Below are positions 19,908 through 28,665 of a DNA stretch of 64,000 nucleotides, piece by piece. The stretch is from an uncultured Atribacterota bacterium. Its GTDB lineage: Bacteria > Atribacterota > Phoenicimicrobiia > Phoenicimicrobiales > Stramentimicrobiaceae. The notes beneath the pieces were generated by a model. It had not been told where the DNA came from. It did not search any database and saw only the letters and a list, made by a program, of their open reading frames with translations. Positions within the stretch are counted from its first letter, which is position 1. Each line of letters opens with the position of its first letter. The position numbers and the translations under genes were made by a program. The DNA lies in the NCBI GenBank assembly GCA_964433555.1, contig CAYSRG010000006.1, forward strand, positions 11,520-75,519, written 5' to 3'.

Positions 19908-21983
19908 CTAGGTTATTTTTTCAATTCTGGCAGCACAAACCTTTAATTCAGGAATCTTTGCCACCGGATCTAAGGCAGCATTAGTCAGGATATTAGCGGC
20001 AGCTTCTTCAAAATGAAAGGGAATAAAGATTAATCCAATGCTGACTTTATGGGTAATCCGTGCTTTAATTTTAATTTCCCCTCTTCTGGTTACTACTTTT
20101 ATCATTTCATTATCATTAATTTGTAATTTTTTGGCATCTTCCTGGGAAATTTCCACATATCCTTCCGGTACTCGTTCATTTAAAGTCTTTGACCTTCTGC
20201 TCATAGTTCCAGTGTGAAAATGCCACAAGGTTCTTCCGGTAGAAAGAACAAAAGGATACTCTTTATCAGGAAGTTCAGCAGGTTCTCTAAAAGGTACGGG
20301 ATGAAAATATCCTTTTCCTCTACTAAACTTTCCATCTTTATGTAGAAACACAGTTCCCGGATGAGAAATATCAGGACAAGGCCATTGCAAGCCTAACTCA
20401 TTCTGCTGTAAGCGTTCCCAGGTAATTCCTCTATATATAGGAGTGGTACGATTAATTTCAGCTAAAATTTCCCCGGCATGTTGATAGTTTAATCCTGAAT
20501 AACCCATTTCCTGTGCTAGCAGTGAAATGATTTGCCAGTCTGGCTTACTATTACCTACTGGCTCTATAGCTTTGCGCACCATCTGTACCCTTCTTTCTGT
20601 GCTGGTAAAAGTGCCTTCTTTTTCGGCAAAAGATGCTGCAGGTAAAACCACTCTAGCTAATTTAGCAGTGGGAGTCATAAAAATATCCTGTACGATTAAA
20701 AATGTTTTTTGCAATGCTGCGCGAACATGGTTACTATCCGGATCGCTCATCAAAGGATTTTCTCCCATTACATAAAGCATTTTTAATTCTCCCTGATAAG
20801 CAGTATTAATCATTTCCACTACAGTCAGTCCTACCTGATCATCCATTCCCTGATCATCCATTCCCCATTCTAATGCAAACTTTTTACGAATTACTTTATC
20901 GGTTACCGACTGGTAGCCGGTAAAAACATTAGGCAAAGCACCCATATCACAGGCACCCTGGACATTGTTCTGACCACGTAGGGGATTTACTCCAGTAGCC
21001 CATTTACCAACATTGCCACAGAGCATTTGTAAATTTGCTGTACTTTTTACATTATCAACTCCACTGGTATGCTGAGTAATACCCATTGAATAGACCAAAT
21101 AGGTGGTTTCAGCATTACCTATCATGCGAGCAGCCTTTATTATTTTATCTTTGGGTACACCAGTAATATTTGCAGCTTTCTCGGGAGTCATTTTCATTAT
21201 TTCTTCCTGGAAGTCATCAAAATTTTCACAATTTTGTGTTATGAACTTCTCATCATAAAGCTTTTCCCGGATAATCACATTCATTATTCCATTTAATAAA
21301 GCTACATCCGTACCGGGATGATGATTCAAGGCAATTCCCTCGTTATCTTCAGCCAATTCAGATAATGGAATGATACGTGGATCGGCAACGATTAATTTTG
21401 CTCCTTTTTTTAATGCCTCCAATATTCTGGCTCCAATTAAGGGATGTTGCTCATTGGTATTTGAACCAATAATAAAAACAACCTGGGCATCAATAATCTC
21501 ATCAATAGAGTTGGTCATAGCACCTGAACCAAAAGCTGCTCCCAAACCAACTACTGTTGATGAATGACATAACCGGGCACAATGGTCAATATTATTATTT
21601 TTCAGAACCGCTCGGGTAAATTTTTGCATAACATAATTTTCTTCATTAGTACACTTTGCTGAACTAAGACATCCTATTGCTCTTCTATTGGCAGAATTTT
21701 CACTCATTATTTTTTTAAAATGGGTGGTTATATGACTTATTGCTTCTTTCCAGCTTACTTTTTGCCAATCCCCATGCTTATTTTTTATTAGAGGATCAGT
21801 TAAGCGATCTGGATGATTAATAAATTCATGAACATGCCAACCCTTAATACATAATTTGCCTTTTCCTGGATTGAATTCTGGAGGCATAACCGGTTTTGTA
21901 TCTACTACTTTTCCCTCTTTGGTCTTTAACCATAATTGACAACCAGTTCCGCAATAAACACAAGTAGTTTTAACTTTTTCCAT
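19908..21983 (-). CDS. fdhA: Formate dehydrogenase catalytic subunit (Mo/W-bis-MGD), cysteine type
   Basis: N-terminal 4Fe-4S motif CVYCGTGC...C. Active-site HCARLCHSS, where codon 139 is TGT at 21569-21567, not TGA. ..RGQNNVQGACDMG... 691 aa. No fused ferredoxin/2Fe-2S domains. Confidence 0.8.
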   Translation of the reverse strand: MEKVKTTCVYCGTGCQLWLKTKEGKVVDTKPVMPPEFNPGKGKLCIKGWHVHEFINHPDRLTDPLIKNKHGDWQKVSWKEAISHITTHFKKIMSENSANRRAIGCLSSAKCTNEENYVMQKFTRAVLKNNNIDHCARLCHSSTVVGLGAAFGSGAMTNSIDEIIDAQVVFIIGSNTNEQHPLIGARILEALKKGAKLIVADPRIIPLSELAEDNEGIALNHHPGTDVALLNGIMNVIIREKLYDEKFITQNCENFDDFQEEIMKMTPEKAANITGVPKDKIIKAARMIGNAETTYLVYSMGITQHTSGVDNVKSTANLQMLCGNVGKWATGVNPLRGQNNVQGACDMGALPNVFTGYQSVTDKVIRKKFALEWGMDDQGMDDQVGLTVVEMINTAYQGELKMLYVMGENPLMSDPDSNHVRAALQKTFLIVQDIFMTPTAKLARVVLPAASFAEKEGTFTSTERRVQMVRKAIEPVGNSKPDWQIISLLAQEMGYSGLNYQHAGEILAEINRTTPIYRGITWERLQQNELGLQWPCPDISHPGTVFLHKDGKFSRGKGYFHPVPFREPAELPDKEYPFVLSTGRTLWHFHTGTMSRRSKTLNERVPEGYVEISQEDAKKLQINDNEMIKVVTRRGEIKIKARITHKVSIGLIFIPFHFEEAAANILTNAALDPVAKIPELKVCAARIEKIT
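20835..20864. repeat. Perfect 15-bp tandem duplication inside fdhA (encodes GMDDQ-GMDDQ)
   Basis: CTGATCATCCATTCC occurs twice in tandem on the plus strand, in frame. Confidence 0.9.
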
Positions 21984-21992
21984 ACTTTCCTC

Positions 21993-22874
21993 CTATACCC
22001 TTTCCTCAACTGGTATTTTTACCCGATGGAGATTGTAACCAATTTCTTCAAAAGAACGACCCATTGCCAATGCTAAAAGTTCAATGGCATACAATACAGG
22101 GATAGGTTTTTCTTTCAATCGAGGATTGTCTCGAGAAAGCATAAATTGACCGAAATCGAATTGATTGAAACAGGCTGGACAGGCTGTACTGATAATCTGG
22201 GCTCCGGAAAGCTGTACATCAATCAATTTATTTTGAATACATTGATGGGAAGCTTCTTTATCTCCAGCCAAACTCAGAGATATACCACAGCAATCTGACT
22301 TGGTTAGATAATCAACTGGAGTTGCGCCCAGGGCAGTAATAAATTTATCATAAAATTCTGGATCCACAGGATTATCAAATTTTAATATTTCATTGGGCAT
22401 TAGTAGATGGCATCCTGGATGACCGGCAACTTTCAGACCAGTCAAAGGAACCTTAATCATTTTTTTTAGACTATCTAATCCAATATCTTCTTTTAAGACC
22501 TGTAAAAAATGTTTTATTTTGACGGTGCCCTGAAACTCTCTACCGATTTCTTTTAATGCTTCATTTACCTTTCTTTTTAGTTCAGAATTGCTTTTCATTT
22601 TATAATTTACGATGGCTAAAGTATTTTCACATCCGTTGCATAAAGTCATAATATCCAGCTTCTTTTCTTCAGCAATGGCGATATTTCTAGCAGCGGAAGC
22701 CATCCAGAAATATTGACTGGCCCCTTGTAGTCTTATAGGATCAGGACAACAGGTGAATTCATCTGATTCTATTAAATTAATCCCTATTTCCGGTAAAACA
22801 TCCAAGGCTAATTTTTCCACATTTGGTAAACTGGCCGGTATAGTACATCCTTTAAAAAACAGATAGCTTAACAT
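21993..22874 (-). CDS. hdrB: Heterodisulfide reductase subunit B-like protein (two CCG domains)
   Basis: ..EFTCCPDP.. and ..SDCCGIS...TACPACF.. Cys-rich CCG motifs. 293 aa. Confidence 0.75.
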   Translation of the reverse strand: MLSYLFFKGCTIPASLPNVEKLALDVLPEIGINLIESDEFTCCPDPIRLQGASQYFWMASAARNIAIAEEKKLDIMTLCNGCENTLAIVNYKMKSNSELKRKVNEALKEIGREFQGTVKIKHFLQVLKEDIGLDSLKKMIKVPLTGLKVAGHPGCHLLMPNEILKFDNPVDPEFYDKFITALGATPVDYLTKSDCCGISLSLAGDKEASHQCIQNKLIDVQLSGAQIISTACPACFNQFDFGQFMLSRDNPRLKEKPIPVLYAIELLALAMGRSFEEIGYNLHRVKIPVEERV

Positions 22875-23359
22875 TATTTTTGATCCTCTTTCTTTTTTAA
22901 ACCAGTTTTTTCAGCTAATATATTAATTTCCTGCATTGATTTTTCGTTTTTCTCCATATCTTTCAATCCTGCTCTCTTGCGGGCTAAATTAGTAAATTTG
23001 ATGCCATAAACAGTCCCTTCCTGCAGAAGCTGGTCTACCAATCGATATACCATTTCCGGAGCATAACCTTCTTGGTAAGATTTTTCCTTTAAATTGGTAA
23101 AGGCTTCGGTAGGATTAGTATCCTGTGGACAGGAGATAACACATTTTTCGCAGGCACAACACATCCAGACATCATTCAAAGCCTCCGGCTTTTCTGCTTC
23201 AAAAAGCTGAGTTATAAAGGAATTTTCCAGGTTATACTTTTTTACGTTTTGGGTAATGGGACAAAACTTGGAACAGGTAGAACATTTGAAGCAAACTTCA
23301 ATTGCTTTATTTTTTTCCAAAATTTCATTTTTTTCATATTTTAAGCGTAGTACTTTCAT
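22874..23359 (-). CDS. hdrC: Heterodisulfide reductase subunit C-like 2x[4Fe-4S] protein
   Basis: CFKCSTCSKFCP and CCACEKCVISCP ferredoxin motifs. The stop overlaps the hdrB ATG by 1 nt (TAATG). Confidence 0.75.
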   Translation of the reverse strand: MKVLRLKYEKNEILEKNKAIEVCFKCSTCSKFCPITQNVKKYNLENSFITQLFEAEKPEALNDVWMCCACEKCVISCPQDTNPTEAFTNLKEKSYQEGYAPEMVYRLVDQLLQEGTVYGIKFTNLARKRAGLKDMEKNEKSMQEINILAEKTGLKKKEDQK

Positions 23360-23445
23360 GTTTCTCTCCCGTTAAATGGATTTATTTTTAATTTTAAATG
23401 AATATACTAACTAATTTAGTCTCAATTAACTATTTACATGCTGTT

Positions 23446-24909
23446 TTATTCTACGTCAAGGGTATGTACCAGAATCCAATCACTAATTAATTTTAGCACA
23501 TCTGGTGATATCGTCTCCTCAATCCTGGCATATTCATCAGGTGATCCGGTATCAGCAGTCTGAAATAGATGATTAAGTCCGGCTAATTCTCTAATCATAA
23601 AATCACTATTACCTCCAGCTATCAAAGCCTTTTCTATTGCGCTGAGGTTTTCAGCCGGTGGCACCTGTAAATCGTTTCCTCCATTTATGGCCAGTACAGG
23701 ACATTTAACCTTACTTAAAGCCGGTTTAGGATCATAAATAAGGAAATATTTGAACCAAGGAGACAATAAGCTTTGCAATTGGGCATTAAAATATACTTCG
23801 GCATCACCAATTCTATCCTTTTCTTCTTCACTTAATTCGTTAAAGTAATCTGTAAATATCTGATAAAGTTCTTTTACTAATATCTCCTCATCTTCTTCTT
23901 CCTTAATCAGTGAATAGATTGTTTCATTATAGCGCTGATTCCGAATTATTTCTTCTTCGCTTGCACCCATTACTCTGGAAATTAAAGCGCTCTGTAAAGA
24001 TAAAATCTCCTCACCGATTAATCCCGGTCCTGCCATTAAGACTATAAAAGCAACATCCGATGATTGTACAGCAACCAGGGGAGCAATTAAGCCACCTTCA
24101 CTATGACCAAGGAGTCCGATTTGTTGCGAATTAACTTCTTTTCTGGTTTTAAGATAGACTATACCAGCCAGTGCATCAGAGGCGAAATCTTCACTGGTAG
24201 CCTGAGTAAAGTCTCCAGTAGATTCTCCCACTCCCCTATCATCAAACCTTAGCACAGCAATACCTTGACGAGTTAAATAATCAGCCAGCACTAAAAAGGG
24301 ACGATGACCGGCAATTGCTTCATTTCTATCCTGAGGTCCAGATCCGCTAATCAATATAACTGCCGGAAATGGTCCTTCTCCCCCTGGTAAGGTTAAAGTT
24401 CCAGCCAGAGTTATTTTTGCTTCCTGGTTATCATATTTAACTTCTTCTTCAATATAGGGATAGGGTTTTTCCGGTTCCTGCGGTCTTCTTATTTCTATAG
24501 GCTTTTCTATCCGTTGAAGCAAAAGGGGGAAGGATGCTCCAGATTGTTGCCAGATACCTTCAATTATTGAAAAATCTTCACTCACTTTCCCTTCAAATAA
24601 TCCGCCTATAGATTTTACTATCAGGCGTAAAGAGTGGTCTTTAAAAATAACCTCATCAACTGGTATTCCAGTTACTCCCTGATCAGGACTATCCATGGTA
24701 GCAATTAATTCCTTTTCAGTAATTTTAGTCATCCTGTAAACAATCCTGAGCTCAGCTCCCGGAACTTGAAGTTTGCCTTCCCAAATACCTTCTATTCCAG
24801 TTATTTCCTGTGAAGCATTACTCAGTTGTTGAGCCGAAACTATGAGAACAAATCCACCTAAAGAAAAAAATATAAGTAAAGCTAACATGTTACATAGGAT
24901 TTTATTCAT
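23446..24909 (-). CDS. Secreted alpha/beta-fold hydrolase (serine hydrolase, S9/S33-like)
   Basis: Nucleophile elbow GHSEGG. Signal/anchor MNKILCNMLALLIFFSLGGFVLIVSAQ. ATG 24909 (GGAGATCAGACAAAAATG) is preferred over TTG 24960. Confidence 0.7.
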   Translation of the reverse strand: MNKILCNMLALLIFFSLGGFVLIVSAQQLSNASQEITGIEGIWEGKLQVPGAELRIVYRMTKITEKELIATMDSPDQGVTGIPVDEVIFKDHSLRLIVKSIGGLFEGKVSEDFSIIEGIWQQSGASFPLLLQRIEKPIEIRRPQEPEKPYPYIEEEVKYDNQEAKITLAGTLTLPGGEGPFPAVILISGSGPQDRNEAIAGHRPFLVLADYLTRQGIAVLRFDDRGVGESTGDFTQATSEDFASDALAGIVYLKTRKEVNSQQIGLLGHSEGGLIAPLVAVQSSDVAFIVLMAGPGLIGEEILSLQSALISRVMGASEEEIIRNQRYNETIYSLIKEEEDEEILVKELYQIFTDYFNELSEEEKDRIGDAEVYFNAQLQSLLSPWFKYFLIYDPKPALSKVKCPVLAINGGNDLQVPPAENLSAIEKALIAGGNSDFMIRELAGLNHLFQTADTGSPDEYARIEETISPDVLKLISDWILVHTLDVE

Positions 24910-25072
24910 TTTTGTCTGATCTCCTATTTTAACCTTAAATTTTTTCCTGTAGTGATCCAATATGATTATTCATTTTTAATCTTCAGCGGGATTAGAAGCA
25001 TTCCCGATTAATCTTGGTTAGAATAAGATTCCAGATAAACCTTTTTTATCACACTGGTAATAGTTAACCACA

Positions 25073-25639
25073 CTAACTGTTTTCGGTCAAGAAAATTTGA
25101 TAGGCATTTTCTTCTAAATTAGTTATCTTCCTTATTGCTTCACTGTATCTTGTTCTCTCCTACTTGATAGTATAATTATACTGCTTATTAATTAATTTCC
25201 CTGAATTTTTAAATAATTTAGCACTCGGTATCCATTTTCTATTATTATATTTCTTACCTAATTTCTCTAATATATTTGCCTATTTAAAACGTAGTTCATT
25301 CCATTCCTTTAAGTCTTCAGGAATAAGGGGGTAGAGACATCCCAGCATAAATAATCATAGCTGAAAGTATTCTTTGCTAATGCATTTACATATTTCTTGA
25401 GACAATTTGCGCATTGTTGGTATAGCGATTATATGAGTAGGTGGATTTATCATTCCCTCTGCCTTTTATCTAAATACCTTTTCTACCAATTCCAGTTCAT
25501 CCAGTACGTTTAACCTTATATTTCATTTATAATTATAGAATCTGGAAATTTCTTTTACTATAGGTTCTATGGGAAGATTTTTATTTCCCCGGGAAATGCT
25601 CTTTTTGATGAAGGATAAGATTTCCATTAAAATCAACAT
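25073..25639 (-). pseudogene. Possible nonsense-riddled gene remnant (single frame, 183 sense codons, 6 in-frame stops)
   Basis: One minus-strand frame reads MLILMEILSFIKKSISRGNKNLPIEPIVKEISRFYNYK*NIRLNVLDELELVEKVFR*KAEGMINPPTHIIAIPTMRKLSQEICKCISKEYFQL*LFMLGCLYPLIPEDLKEWNELRFK*ANILEKLGKKYNNRKWIPSAKLFKNSGKLINKQYNYTIK*ERTRYSEAIRKITNLEENAYQIFLTENS*. No family assigned. Confidence 0.25.
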
Positions 25640-25739
25640 TTTCCTTAATAGTCAGCTTTCACTTTTTATTTAAATTATTTGTAGAAACATTTAGATACTG
25701 TGTACTTTCTCTTACTAAAGGTGAGAAGAGATTTTCCCT

Positions 25740-26732
25740 TTATAATTGAGTACCCCTACGAAGAATATCCAGATATACGGCAAAAATAACTATAAAACCA
25801 GTAACAACTATTTGCCACTCTTGTGGAACTGACATGATACGTAAGCCATTGGTAAGGATGCTAATGATAAATGCGCCTATTATAGTCCCCATTATAGTGC
25901 CCTCTCCACCCCTTAATGAAGTTCCACCGATAACTGCTGCGGCAATGGCATCTAACTCATAACCCAATCCCAGGGAGGGTTGGGCAGAATTAAGCCGAGA
26001 GGCTATTACCACTCCAGCAATCCCAATAAACAAACCTGCGGTTGTATAAATAATGGTCTTCCAGAAAATTACATTAACACCAGATAATCGCACTGCCTTT
26101 TCATTGCTTCCAATTGCATAACAGTATCTGCCCAGAATTGTCTTGGAAAGAATAAGACTGGCTACAATTGCAGAACCAAATAAGATTAAAACAGCATTAG
26201 GAACATCAAATCCTGGAATGACTGTACCCAGAATGGAGCCCATAGCAATACTACTAACCGACTTTTCCAGGGCAAAATAAATTGGACTGAGCTTTGAAAT
26301 AACCAGAGAAAATCCTCTGGCCATATTTAACATACCCAATGTAGCTACAAATGGTGGTATATTAAATTTCGATACTAATATACCATTAGTAGAACCAGCT
26401 ACACATCCGGTCAATATCCCTGCTATAACTCCCAAAGGAACAGGTAAATCCCAATAAGTAATAAATACACCACTCATTACAGCAGAAAGTGTCATTACCG
26501 TTCCAACTGATAAGTCAATTCCACCAGAAATAATAATAAAGGTAACACCAATTGCAAGAAGACCATTAACAGCAGTAGCAATGAGTATTCCAATTATATT
26601 ACGAAATGTACAGAAATAAGGAGAAGCAAAAGAGAAACCAATAAAAATGATAATTAAAGCACCAAAAGCCATCAATCTTTGTATAGCTTCTGAACGGGTA
26701 TTTCTATCTTTAATTATAGTATCATCTTTCAT
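25740..26732 (-). CDS. Sugar ABC transporter permease (CUT2/RbsC-type)
   Basis: 330 aa, about 10 TM, ribose-type permease pattern (..GGIDLSVG..). Confidence 0.8.
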   Translation of the reverse strand: MKDDTIIKDRNTRSEAIQRLMAFGALIIIFIGFSFASPYFCTFRNIIGILIATAVNGLLAIGVTFIIISGGIDLSVGTVMTLSAVMSGVFITYWDLPVPLGVIAGILTGCVAGSTNGILVSKFNIPPFVATLGMLNMARGFSLVISKLSPIYFALEKSVSSIAMGSILGTVIPGFDVPNAVLILFGSAIVASLILSKTILGRYCYAIGSNEKAVRLSGVNVIFWKTIIYTTAGLFIGIAGVVIASRLNSAQPSLGLGYELDAIAAAVIGGTSLRGGEGTIMGTIIGAFIISILTNGLRIMSVPQEWQIVVTGFIVIFAVYLDILRRGTQL

Positions 26733-26755
26733 ATTACCAACTTATCCTCGTGGTT

Positions 26756-28291
26756 TTAATTATTTAAAATAACCTTCTCACTATTACGAAGAGTAGCTAA
26801 TTTCATGATATTCTCCTGTGTTGCTTCCTCATAATTTAACTCACCAGTAATTCGTCCTTCACACATTACTACTACACGATGACTCATACGAAGAATTTCC
26901 GGTAGTTCAGAAGAAATCATAATAATTGATTTACCTTGCTGAGCTAGTTCGTTTAACAACTTATATATCTCACTTTTTGCTCCTACATCAATCCCCCGTG
27001 TAGGTTCATCAAAGATAAGAATATTGGTATCCTTAGCGAGCCACTTACCAACTACCAATTTTTGTTGGTTTCCGCCAGAAAGATTCTGGACCTTCTGATT
27101 TAAGCTGGGAGTTTTTATAGAAAGCTTATCGACTATACGTTTAACGATGGAACGCAATTCAATATTTTTAATCCATCCCAAAAAGCTGGTCAATTTATCT
27201 ATGATAACCATAGCAATATTAGTTTCTACATCCAATCCCAGGCATAATCCAAATTGTTTTCGATCTTCAGATAAATAGCCAATATCATTTTTTACTGCAT
27301 CGCTTGGACTTTTAATATTAACCTTCTTGCCTTTTACTAAAATCTCTCCGGTATCAAAAGGATCTGCACCAAATATGGCACGGGCTACTTCTGTCCGACC
27401 AGCACCTACTAATCCTGCAAAACCTAATATTTCTCCTTGTTTTAAACTGAAGCTAACATTTTTAATCACATCATTTCGACTCAGGTTCTTTACTTCTAAA
27501 ACTGTTTCCTTACTGGGAACTTTGGGCAATTCGGGAGATGATTCATAAATGACACGGCCAACCATTAATTTTATTATCTGGTCAATGTTAGTATCTTTTG
27601 TTTGAACAGTATCTACATATAAACCATCACGCATGACAGTAATACGGTCAGTTAACTCTTGGAGTTCCTCTAATCTATGAGAAATGTATATTACTCCAAC
27701 ACCTCTATCTCTGAGCTGACGAATAATACGGAATAGTTCTATTATCTCCACCTGAGCTAAGGTAGCAGTAGGTTCATCAAGAATAAGTACTTCAGAATTG
27801 AAGGAAAGAGCTTTAGCGATTTCAACCATCTGTTGATTTGCAACACTCATATTGGCAACTTTTAATCGGGGTTCCAGTTTTAAATGCATCATATCAAAAA
27901 TTCTTTCGGTTTGTTCGTTCAAGGAATTTTCATCCAGAATAATTTTCCATCTTCGAACAGGTTCTCGCCCTATGAATATATTTTGAGCTGCAGTTAAATG
28001 AGGCATGAGATCAAGTTCCTGATGTACCATGCTAATTCCGAGAAGTTGTGCTGCTTTAGGATTTGGAATATCTACTTCCTTCCCTTTGTAAACAATTCGT
28101 CCGGCATCCTTTGTATAGACTCCAGCCAATACCTTTACTAAGGTAGATTTTCCAGCTCCATTCTCTCCAACTAGAGCATGGACTTCACCTGCTTTTAGTT
28201 CAAAACGGCATTTTTTAAGCGCATTTACACCAGGAAATGATTTATCAATTTCTTCCATCAAAAGCAATAATTCACCCATGTTCATTCCCAT
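26756..28291 (-). CDS. Sugar ABC transporter ATP-binding protein (fused double cassette, RbsA-like)
   Basis: Walker A GENGAGKST, a second P-loop GLVGAGRTE, and signature LSGGNQQK. The exact start among three N-terminal Met codons is uncertain. Confidence 0.85.
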   Translation of the reverse strand: MGMNMGELLLLMEEIDKSFPGVNALKKCRFELKAGEVHALVGENGAGKSTLVKVLAGVYTKDAGRIVYKGKEVDIPNPKAAQLLGISMVHQELDLMPHLTAAQNIFIGREPVRRWKIILDENSLNEQTERIFDMMHLKLEPRLKVANMSVANQQMVEIAKALSFNSEVLILDEPTATLAQVEIIELFRIIRQLRDRGVGVIYISHRLEELQELTDRITVMRDGLYVDTVQTKDTNIDQIIKLMVGRVIYESSPELPKVPSKETVLEVKNLSRNDVIKNVSFSLKQGEILGFAGLVGAGRTEVARAIFGADPFDTGEILVKGKKVNIKSPSDAVKNDIGYLSEDRKQFGLCLGLDVETNIAMVIIDKLTSFLGWIKNIELRSIVKRIVDKLSIKTPSLNQKVQNLSGGNQQKLVVGKWLAKDTNILIFDEPTRGIDVGAKSEIYKLLNELAQQGKSIIMISSELPEILRMSHRVVVMCEGRITGELNYEEATQENIMKLATLRNSEKVILNN

Positions 28292-28594
28292 CTTTTTAAT
28301 CTTGTTTCGTAGATAGTAAATAAACTCAAATATAGCGCATGACTTGAAGACTCTAAGAAAAGAATCCTAAATTTACTTCTTATTCAAAACTTTTTCTATA
28401 TTCATTTTGATGCTACCTCTTATCTATTATTTAACCAATCTATCCTGGTTAGATTGGCTTATTCCTAAGACTTCAGGTAAAAAACTATCAGCTAATATTT
28501 ATGGTAAAACCTTTTATATGCCCACTACCAACTTCTAAGAAGGCAGTTTCTCATATTTAATGAGCAATTTTATTATAATAGATAACTACATAAT

Positions 28595-28640
28595 GAGAGG
28601 CTGTACATATCTTTCTGGACAGCCTCTCATTTTTTATTTC
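28595..28640 (+). terminator. Canonical hairpin plus U-tract, oriented for plus-strand transcripts, in the spacer between binding-protein and ATPase genes
   Basis: GAGAGGCTGT..ACAGCCTCTC (10-bp stem) is followed on the plus strand by ATTTTTTATTT. On the minus (gene) strand it is followed by ATTATGTAG. Confidence 0.5.
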
Positions 28641-28665
28641 ATTATACTATCGAGAAAATAAATCT

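Noticed and set aside
21564-21569. Selenocysteine (in-frame TGA) at the FdhA active site
   Set aside because: The active-site codon is TGT (Cys139) followed by CAT (His140). The ORF is uninterrupted and no SECIS-like hairpin is needed.
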